This document shows, one piece after another, positions 53,130 through 64,000 of a stretch of 64,000 nt of DNA. Origin of the DNA: Octopus vulgaris (lineage: Eukaryota). The notes under the pieces are model-generated. The model was not told the DNA's origin. It did not search any database and was given only the letters and a program-made list of their open reading frames with translations. The stretch's first letter is position 1. Every line of letters begins with the position of its first letter. The stretch spans positions 32,984,001 to 33,048,000 of the forward strand of contig OX597826.1 in NCBI GenBank assembly GCA_951406725.2. Direction: 5' to 3'. Position numbers and translations under genes: made by a program.

Positions 53130-53507
53130 CATTGGGCCTCATGGAGGCAAAGTAGCTGATGCTGGTGGCATGTGAAGAATTCCTTTTGAGTGTTGGGCAT
53201 CAGGAGGGCAATAGCCAAAACTTTTGGCATTCTGTCATGCTTGAGAAGAAGACCCATCAAGCCAAGTAAAATTGTATTTGTGGCAGATACCAGTGTCACG
53301 CAAATGGCACCCATGCTGATGGCACATAAAGCATCCATCACACTCTCAGAGTCATTGGCGTTAAGAAGGGCATCCAGTCATAGAAACCATAGAAGCCAAA
53401 TCAGACTGGAGTCTGGTGCAGCCGTCTAGCAAGCCAGCTCTGGTCAAACCATCCAACCCATGCCAGCAGAGACAACAGTCGTTAAATGATGATGATGATG
53501 ATGATGA
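53130..53507 (+). mobile_element. RTE LINE 3' end with (GAT)n tail
   Basis: cttgagaagaagaccc..gaagggcatccag..ccaacccatgccagca..gttaaatgatgatgat. Confidence 0.75.
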
Positions 53508-53511
53508 TATG

Positions 53512-53554
<43 letters not shown>

Positions 53555-53792
53555 CATAAGTATACACATTCTTCTGTTGGAAACAAGTGCATTTCTATTT
53601 CTCCAGTTTTTCTTCTGAATTCCTTTCATTTCTTCTCTAACCATTCTTTCTGAAGAAGAATGAATACTCAAAATGCAAAAGACATTTCTTTCTTTTATTT
53701 CCAATTTCCTGACTGTGAAACCAATACAATCTGTGTTTGTTTTTCATGTCATCTGTGTACTGTACCTTTTGCACCATACACACATACATACA

Positions 53793-53836
<44 letters not shown>

Positions 53837-54006
53837 GATACATATACATCATCATCCTCATAGTTGTTTAACATCTGCTTTCCATGCTGGCATGGGTTGG
53901 ACATATATATATACAGATAAAGGGTGAAATATAATTAATTTAATAAAATCAACAAATTTCACCAAGTAGTTTTTCGGTATGGAAAAGGACCATATTTGGT
54001 AAAATT

Positions 54007-54522
54007 ATATATAATTATGACAATGAGGGTCTTTGCAACAGGTTGCTAGACCACATACCCTTTATCTGTATTGATTATTTTACTCCCCTACGACGGAACT
54101 ACGAATTCATTTTCAGCAGTATTATTTGTGACTCACGTGGGAAAAATTCTGGAGGGAGATACGAATTCACTTGTCTATATAAATGTGGATATGCTGGTCA
54201 GCTTCTGTATGTCCAATTTCGCCTGTTCGGAATATGGTGGTAAGATTCCCTGAAATTTCTAGATTTACTTATCGGAATATTATGTTGATGAAGGAAATGA
54301 ATCTCTGATTTTAATCCAGAAACGTATGCGTCCATAACTGACCGGACACTGTTTGATTTCGTTATTTTTCTTCGTTTTTTTTTGCCATAGCCATAGTGAG
54401 TTACAAATACTGATGTCTGTGGGACATATTTTTGTAGTAAAAGAAATAACAGTCGTCTGGCTGCTATTTCTAATACTTTCGGTATGTGGTGTAGCAACCT
54501 GTTGCAAAGACCCTCATTGTTA

Positions 54523-54532
<10 letters not shown>
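54007..54532 (+). mobile_element. Penelope-like remnant bounded by ~52-bp inverted repeats, containing a hammerhead motif
   Basis: tataattatgacaatgagggtctttgcaacaggttgctagaccacatacc (~54007-54059) vs ggtatgtggtgtagcaacctgttgcaaagaccctcattgttataattata (54481-54532). Confidence 0.7.
54280..54337 (+). ncRNA. Type-I hammerhead motif (family C), GUC cleavage triplet
   Basis: UUAUG-UUGAUGA-A-GGA..AAUC(UCU)GAUU..UCC-A-GAAA-CG(UAUG)CG-UC-CAUAA. Confidence 0.65.
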
Positions 54533-54564
<32 letters not shown>

Positions 54565-55598
54565 TATCTGTATGCCTATATGTATATATACATACATGTA
54601 TGTGTATGTACATGTGTGTGTGTGTGTGTGTGTGTGCTTGGCCATGTAACAAGATGTGCTTTTCTATCAACTGTTTTTCCTCCCCTCTGAACTTTTTCCT
54701 CTTTCTGATGAAGAGCCATAATAGAAACATCCTTTTCACTTCTATTTTCCCATCTGTAACACAACTTGCAGCTAGTCTGGGAATCGAAACCACAACCTCA
54801 CAATTGTGTGTGCAACAGGCTTAACAACTATACCAGGCACCTTCACAACAACTATTGCTACTATTAGAAGAAAAAAAGACCCAAAGGTTCTTCATGGGCC
54901 ACCATAAGCTCATGAGGATCGTTTCTCAGATTCTAGCGCATACATACTTTCTCTGCCCTGGAGAGGTTGCTTGACCATTACTGGGTGACAAATTTTTGCC
55001 AGCTGAGTGGGCAGGAACAACATGAAATGAAGTATTTTGCTCACAAACACAAAGCATTGACCATTCCAGCCCTAACTACTAAGCCGTGTGCCAATACCAG
55101 GAGATTAAAACCTCACTTGGAAACGGATTTGACAGGAAGGGCGTCCAAGCATACAAAACGGTTCTCTGACATACTTTGGTGCTTGACTCATGCAAGCTTG
55201 GTAAAGTAGACTTTAAAAACAATGATCGTGACGATGATGATGATGATGATGACAACGACAAGGATGCTGACGACGACGACTACGACGATGATGAAGCATG
55301 ATGATAACAACGATGACCAATAGGATCATGATAATGATGATGACGATGATGATGACGACGATAATTATGATGATGATAATAATGATGATGGTGATGACGA
55401 TGACGACGACGCTGATACATAAACATAGTATAAAGTAGGCTAGAATTTTAGCCAATCGGAGCTTTAGCTCTCAGCCACTTGGCACTTAGGTGCGGAATCC
55501 ATTGCTCTAGAGAAACAAACCTATATTTGGTCAAAGGGTTAAGCTTCATCATCATCATCATCATCATCATCATTATTACTATTATTATTATTAATATT

Positions 55599-55664
<66 letters not shown>

Positions 55665-55674
55665 ATTTTTATTA

Positions 55675-55726
<52 letters not shown>

Positions 55727-56191
55727 CATTATTATTATTATTATCCAACCAATACATGTATTGCCTGATGAAACGGTTATTCAGCTGTCTTGGAATTGAT
55801 TATTTGCAGTCATATATATTTGTTGTGGCATCTGAAAATTCTTTGCTGTAAGCAATGGAACTTTCTTGTCATACACACGGGAATATGAAACCGACTGATT
55901 ATACTGCCTAACGAACATTTGTTCGGTCGTTTGGGACTCGCCTCATTAACATATGCAAATATCTAATTCTCCGGACAATCAAGGAGAAAGAGAGAAAGTG
56001 AGGGAAAGAGAGAGAGAGAGAGAGATTGAGATAAATAGAAGGAGAGAGAGAGAGATCAAGGGAAAGGAAGTGTGTGGGTGGATGGATGGGTGGGTGGGGG
56101 ATGACAAGATAGATAATAAATAAATAAATGATGTATATTACAATGAAAGCATCCGGTTAAATTCAGCAATATGTATTGATTGCAATTAAAG

Positions 56192-56229
<38 letters not shown>

Positions 56230-56649
56230 GCTCTCTCTCTCTCTTCATATTAGAAAAATTAGTCATTAAAACAATGGCAGCAATGATGATGATGATGATG
56301 ATGATGATGAAGATCGTCATCATCGTTACCATCATCACCTTCATCATCATCCTCTTCATCATCACGAATATGATAGTCATCAGAAAGGTTTAACATCTAC
56401 TTTTCCATGGTGGCATGGGTTGGACAGTTTTTCTGAGACTGGGCACTTTTACAGAATGATACTTCATCCTGTGGCCAACACCTTTAGGTGAGTTTTATCA
56501 CTCATTGACATTCTGTGGGTACTGTTCTAAAACTGAGGTGTGACATGAAAGATGCTGATTTGATATTGTGGGAAGATTAGATCAAAAGGCTTCATGCTTA
56601 ATTCAAAGCTTTAGTTGGTAAAAGAAAAGGAACGAGAAGCAGATAGGAG

Positions 56650-56776
56650 GAGGAAGAAGAAGAAGAAGAAGAAGAAGAAGAAGAAGAAGAAGAAGAAGAA
56701 GAAGAAGAAGAAGAAGAAGAAGAAGAAGAAGAAGAAGAAGAAGAAGAAGAAGAAGAAGAAGAAGAAGAAGAAGAAG

Positions 56777-56806
<30 letters not shown>
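56650..56806. repeat. Pure (GAA)n microsatellite
   Basis: Direct inspection. Confidence 0.97.
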
Positions 56807-56807
<1 letters not shown>

Positions 56808-57018
56808 GCAGTGGTTAAGAGCACAGGTTACTAATCCCAAGATTTTGAGTTCGATTCCAAGCAGTGACCTGAACAATAATAATAATGATAACAGTGAAAA
56901 ATACCTTAGCAATGAGAACCCAGGTTCGAAATTTCCCCAAGACACCTGAAGAAGGCTGGAGGGTATATCAGCCGAAATGTTGTGTTAACAACAAACAAGA
57001 TGGGGAGAAATATCCGTA
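56807..57018 (+). mobile_element. tRNA-headed hammerhead element, locus 6
   Basis: gcagtggttaagagc..gttcgattcc..gacacCUGAAGAaggctg..cagccGAAAtgttgtgtt (56941-56986). Confidence 0.85.
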
Positions 57019-57271
57019 GAAAATTACCAATTATCATCTACTTAATGACTACTTAACTTTTTATTTCAAAAAAAATTTTTCTTTTATTCTTTTATTTGTT
57101 TCAGTTATTTGACTGTGGTCATGCTGGAGCGTCACCTTTAATCAAGCAAATCGATCCCAGGAGTTATTCATTGTAAGCCTAGCACTTACTCTATTGATCT
57201 CTTTTGCGGAACATCGGATGTCAACCGATGGTGGGTGGGGGACAAACAAAGACACACAAATACATATACAT

Positions 57272-57314
<43 letters not shown>

Positions 57315-57334
57315 CACACAAACACATACACACA

Positions 57335-58190
57335 TCATCATCACCATCATCATCATCGTCCTTAAACGTCTGCTTTGACTGCTGGCATGGGTTGGACGAT
57401 TTGACTGAGGACTGGCAAGCCAGGAGGCTGCACCAGACTCCAATCTGATCTGGCAAAGTTTCTACAGCTGGATGCCCTTCCTAACGCCAACCACTCTGCG
57501 AGTGTAGTGGGTGCTTTTATGATCCACCGGCACGAGGGCCAGGCAGGCATTTCTGTCAATGACCATGCTCAAAAGGTGTTTATTACATGTCACTTGCATT
57601 GGAACCAGTCAGCGGCCCAAGAATTGATCACGTTCAGATGGTGCTTTTAAAGTTCCACTGGCACAAGTGCCAATCAGGCAGTACTGTCATCGGCCATGTC
57701 AGCAATTTTGATTTCACTTGCCTCAACAGGTCTTTGCAAGCAAAGTTTATTGTCCAATAAAAGAAGGGTACTGATAAGTGGGTTTGTTATACACCACTGT
57801 CATAAGCCACGGGTTATGGTCTCACTTGGCTTGTCAGGTCTTCTCAAGCACAGCATATCTCCAAAGGTCTCAGACACTACTCATTGCCTTGGTGAGGCCC
57901 AATGTTTGAAGGTCATGCTTCACCACCTCATACCAGATCTTCCTGGATCTACCTCTTCCACAGGTTCCCTCAACTACTAGGGTGTGACACTTTTTCACAC
58001 AACTGTCCTCATCCATTCACAACACATGACCATACCAGTGCAGTCATCTCTCTTGCACACCACATCTGATGCTTCTTAAATCCAACTTTTCTCTCAGGAC
58101 ACTTGCACTCTCTCGTGTATGCACACCGGCATTACACATCCAGCAGAGCATACTGGCTTCATTCCTTGCAAGCTTATGCATGTCGTCAGC
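57335..58190 (-). mobile_element. RTE-clade LINE 3' fragment: ORF C-terminus plus 3' UTR with (GAT)n tail
   Basis: Minus strand DMHKLARNEASMLCWMCN..LREKLDLRSIRCGVQE..LHWYGHVL..DEDSCVKKC..GTCGRGRSRKIW.EVVK.DL..LGL; its 3' UTR matches the many RTE tails in the window. Confidence 0.85.
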
Positions 58191-58330
58191 ATATATATAT
58201 ATGTTTCATATATATATATACCGGAGTAAACACATAAATGTGAAACAAGGTGGAAAAAAATAAAAAAAAGAGTACTCAAATACCAGTGGTAGAGTAATAT
58301 GCTTTATTTAAAGCAGCAGAAAATTCAACT

Positions 58331-58376
58331 AAACCTGTTACTCTGAGTTTCATGTTTCCGTTCATCGGACAGTTTT
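58331..58376 (-). ncRNA. Degenerate hammerhead motif (family D) in a TA-flanked Penelope-type remnant (58220-58392)
   Basis: CUGU-CCGAUGA-ACG(GAAA)CAU-GAAA-CUCAGAG-UA-ACAG. Confidence 0.45.
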
Positions 58377-58388
58377 TGCTAGAATAGA

Positions 58389-58424
<36 letters not shown>

Positions 58425-58428
<4 letters not shown>

Positions 58429-58716
58429 TGTGATCATGTGACCGACCAGACCATCAGATGCTGTTACACATCACTGGTCACAATGCGTTCGCATTGTTTT
58501 AGCCTTCAAATGACGCCACCCCGCTGGCTAAGCGAGCAGGCCAACAGAAGAAAGAGTGAGAGAAAGAGTGGTGAAAGAGTACAGCAGGTATCACCACACC
58601 CTGGTGGAGCCTCGTGGGGCTTTTTAGGTGTTTTCGGTCAATAAACACACACAGCGCCCGGTCTGGGAATCGAAACCACGAGTCCACTGCCCTAACCACT
58701 GGGCCATTGCATCTCC

Positions 58717-58718
<2 letters not shown>
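58425..58718 (-). mobile_element. tRNA-derived SINE (distinct family)
   Basis: Minus strand tggcccagtggttagggcagtgg A-box, ggtttcgattccc B-box. Confidence 0.75.
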
Positions 58719-58761
<43 letters not shown>

Positions 58762-58789
58762 TATACATATACATATATATATATATATA

Positions 58790-59600
58790 TGACAGGCTTC
58801 TTTTAGTTTCTGTCTACCAAATCCACTCACAAGTTTTTGTTCAGGCCGAGGCTATAGCAGAAGACACTTGCCTGAGGTGCCACACAGTGGGACTGAACCT
58901 GGAACTATGTAGTTGGTAAGCAAGCTTCTTACCACACAGCCACTCCTGCACCCATTAATTTTTATTTAATTCACTTTATTTTCAATTCTTTTTATTCCCT
59001 GCATGGTAGCTTAAAAATGAAATTGGTTAAAAAAGACTTTTTTTATTTATAAATGTTCGAAAATATTTGGAGATAAAACATCAAAAATACCTCAAGGGAA
59101 TTGATGAAACAATTCTTTATTGTAACTGACCAGGTTCATCTTAGTAGAAAGATTCTCTGCTGAGATGAAATTGGTGAGTTTCTGTGAGGATATGTACTTT
59201 TAATTCCCCAATTCTCTTGATGAAAAATATATATTCTTCAGATGTAGATGCCTGATGAATGGATTTGGTAGGTGGAAAAGGAAAGAACAAATCAACCCCA
59301 GGACTTATTCTTTGTAAGCCTAATACTTATTCTATCAGTCTCTTTTGCCGAACAGTAAAGTTACAGGGACATAAAGACACCAACATCAGTTGTCAAGCGA
59401 TGGTAGGGAGGAAAAACACAGACACACAAACATATATATACGATAGGCTTCTTTCAGTTTCCATCTACAAATCTACTCACAAGTCTTTGGTCGGCCTGAG
59501 GTTGTTGTCGAAGACACTTGTCCAAGGTGCCACACGGTGGGGCTGAACCCGAAACCATGTGGTTGGTAAGCAAGCTTCTTACAACACAACCACTCCTTCA
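58790..59600 (-). mobile_element. Two OK-like SINE copies (58790-58952, 59285-59600)
   Basis: Family motifs aggtgccacac.gtggg.ctgaacc..tggtaagcaagcttctta. Confidence 0.75.
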
Positions 59601-59736
59601 CCCATATATGCTGATTACTACGATGATCCGGTTCTTGACTGAAGACTGAGGGTTTCGAATGTCCTGTCCGTGTTTATTGTGTCGTCTTCTAAGAGTTATA
59701 CGTTCTTGTCCATGTTGTATTTTTCTACATACCTTA

Positions 59737-59813
<77 letters not shown>

Positions 59814-59865
59814 CATATTATATTAAATTAGAGACAAAACAACTATTATGCAAATATATATAAAG

Positions 59866-59932
<67 letters not shown>

Positions 59933-60159
59933 GAGAGATATAGACAGATAGATAGAGAGATAGATAGATAGATAGATAATGCATACATATATACACACAT
60001 ATACATATTGATATACACGTGCACATACACACACACGTTTGTGTGCATATGTGTGTGTGTATGTGTGTGTGTGAAAGGTGACTTCATTGATTACTGAATT
60101 ACAAGTAAACCAAAGCAAATTCTATGAAATAATATCTACATTTATCCTCTTCATTTTAT

Positions 60160-61100
<941 letters not shown>

Positions 61101-61909
61101 ATGTTGATCATGATGTTGATGTTTCTATTGTTGTTATATTATTTAAAATTTCTTTTTTTTTCATCTTTGGTTTAATATTTTCGGATAAAATGAATAAATT
61201 CTGTCCTCCCCACCACCCCACTCCCCATGCATCAACATTTTGAATAGGTTTCATGCTTTGTCCATTAAAGAGAAAAATTAGACCATTCTTAATATACAAT
61301 GGCTAAAAACTGCAAAGAGTCACGATCAGAAAATCACATTAGTCAATTGTTTTGCTATGGTTTAGTATTGTTTTTGTTGTTACTAATTCTATAATTCATA
61401 AATATATATTATATATATATATATATATGTATAGAAGGAGAGAGATATGTATATACATATATACATATATATATATATGTATATATATATGTATATATGT
61501 ATATATATATGTATGCATGTATATACACACACAAATGCATATGCATATACATGTGCATACATATGTATATATTCAAGTGCATATGTATAAATATATATAT
61601 ATACATACATATATACACATATACATTGATGCATATATATATATATATATATACATATATGTATACACACATACACACACATGTATATGCACATACACTC
61701 ACACCAGCACACATGCACATATAAACACATCTACGCACACACATACATACACACACACACACACATATATATACATATACATATACAGGGATATAGATAG
61801 ATAAATAGATACATATACATACATATGAATATATATATTTAGTATGTACATATTTATATGTATATATAAATGTACATACATATATATATATACATATATG
61901 CATACATAC

Positions 61910-61968
<59 letters not shown>

Positions 61969-62766
61969 TATTCATATATAATATAATAGTATTTTTTATC
62001 TTTCTTCTGCATTATTGCGAACTTTCACTTGAAATGGTAAAAGAGTGGAAGCAATTTTTTTTTTTTTTTTAATTTCTATTGAAATTTTATTTCTGGAGCT
62101 GTTTAGCCTCTGGTGTGTATATTTGAAGTAGAATTTATGGCAAGGCACTACTGAATGGTAGGTATTACAAATAATTAAACATACACAAACAGGTTACATA
62201 TTAAAAGGCATTTCTCCTATGCCCCAATGAATTTTTGCATGTATAGCAATATTTGTGCATGCATGTGTGTGTGTGTGTATGTGTTTATATGTGCATGTGT
62301 GCTGGTGTGAGTGTATGTGCATATACATATGTGTGTATGTGTGTATACATATATGTATATATATACACACACACACACGCGCGTATGTATATATATATAT
62401 ATGTGTATGCGTTTGTGTGTGTATATATGTATATACACACACATATATATATAAATATATATATATGTATATATATATATACATACACACATATGTATGT
62501 ATATATATATATGTGTGTGTGCATGTGTATGTATATATACATCTATTTATAAAATATGTATGCATGTATGTATACACACATTTATTAATGTATGTATATA
62601 TAAATTTATATATACATCTATGTCTTTATGTATACATGTATATATTTATGCATATATAAACATAGATATATATACATTTATACATGCAAATATGTATATA
62701 CATACTGATATCTACACACACACACACATACACATACACACATATATATATATACATACATCATTG

Positions 62767-62828
<62 letters not shown>

Positions 62829-63479
62829 AGCACACACACACATACACACTTACACAGACCTATACATATATACATACGGTTAGATTTTTGAAATATTCAG
62901 AATTAAAAGGTTTTGAAATTTTTGGAAACTTTTCTGTTTATGATTTATTATTATTTTAATTCAATTATTATGCATTATCACACAATTTACATGTATAGTG
63001 ATTTTCCCCTTATTCCAACCGAGAACAATTTTCTAATTTGTTTAATGTTACCAATGCATTAAAAATTGCATGTTCTTTTGTTTATTTTATTGCTGTTTGT
63101 TATATATTGTTTTTTTTTTCTTTTGCATTTAATTTATTCGTTCGAATGTTCATTAAATAATTTGTATATTTATTTCAGTTTGGGCTTTGAGAGGTCTGCA
63201 TTTACTTAAAATAAACTTGAAATGTCAATAGATTTTTTAAAAAATTATTGCAAGAATTCATGAACTGTTTAGACTATCTGCCTGTCTGCCTGATTGCCAG
63301 TTTGCCTGTATGTCTGTCTGACTGACTGTGTGTCTGTCTGACTGTTGGTCAGTTGGTCTGCTTGTATATGTTTAACACTCTAAGTATAACTCTCTCTTTC
63401 TCTCTCCATGTCTTTTCTGGCTATCTCTCTATATATTATATCATCTTCATCATCATCATCATCATCATTATCCTTGTCA

Positions 63480-63720
63480 TCATCGTCGTTGTTTAATGTC
63501 TGCTTGACTGAGGACTGGCAAGCCAGTAGGCTGCACCAGACTCCAATCTGATCTGGCAATGTTTCTACAGTTGAATGCCCTTCCTAATGCCAATCACTCC
63601 TAGAGTGTACTGGGTGCTTTTTATGTGCCAACAGCATAGAAGCCAGTCAAGTGGGCCTGGCATCAATCACATTTGAATAGTACTTTTTACATACCACTGG
63701 CATGGGTGCCAGTCATACAT
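63480..63720 (-). mobile_element. RTE 3' tail
   Basis: gactgaggactggcaagcc..ctgcaccagactccaatctgatctggc..gcccttcctaatgccaa. Confidence 0.75.
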
Positions 63721-64000
63721 TAAAAATGGTCATGATATCCGGGACTACAAAATCCTGCAAGACCTTCTAAACATTTAAAGAATTATGAACAACAGAAAAT
63801 GCTTTTCTTCACAGCCTAGCTACTGAATAGGTGGTTGGTCAAAATGAACTCCAAATTAAAAAGAAAAAGAAAAGAATACACATACATGTAAGTATTTAAC
63901 ACATCATAAAGATATTACTATATATATATGTATATATATACATATATAGTAATATCTTTGTGGTGTGTTAAATACTGTGGTTGACTCTGGCCAAGGAAGG

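Noticed and set aside
55448-55506. Possible minus-strand exon EQWIPHLSAKWLRAKAPIG*, or miR-96-like seed cttggcact
   Set aside because: Reasonable acceptor but no other support; no pre-miRNA hairpin

Overview
This is AT-rich, microsatellite-saturated animal DNA. The SINE/LINE repertoire strongly suggests an octopus (coleoid cephalopod) genome; that is an inference from recognised repeat families. No intact protein-coding gene is visible. Nearly all ORFs in the track are translations of (TA)n/(CA)n/(GATA)n/(CAT)n/(AAT)n/(CAC)n tracts, and the few real-looking ORFs are decayed transposons (Tx1/L1, R4/Dong-type RLE, RTE, I/Nimb-like LINEs, mariner/Tc1, one LTR). The most striking signal is a non-coding retroelement family present at 6 loci (8 ribozyme-bearing arms). 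It has a tRNA-like Pol III head, an expandable (AAT)n core and a minimal type-I hammerhead ribozyme (GACAC-CUGAUGA-A-GGCUG..CAGCC-GAAA-CGUU-GUGUU). At four loci it inserted as a fold-back (inverted tail + direct copy) flanked by 12-15 bp target-site duplications, which looks like a SINE mobilised by Penelope-like elements. Several unrelated hammerhead-bearing Penelope-type remnants also occur. A SINE subfamily shares its 3' tail with a Tx1 LINE in the same window. One short candidate exon lies near 31.7 kb.
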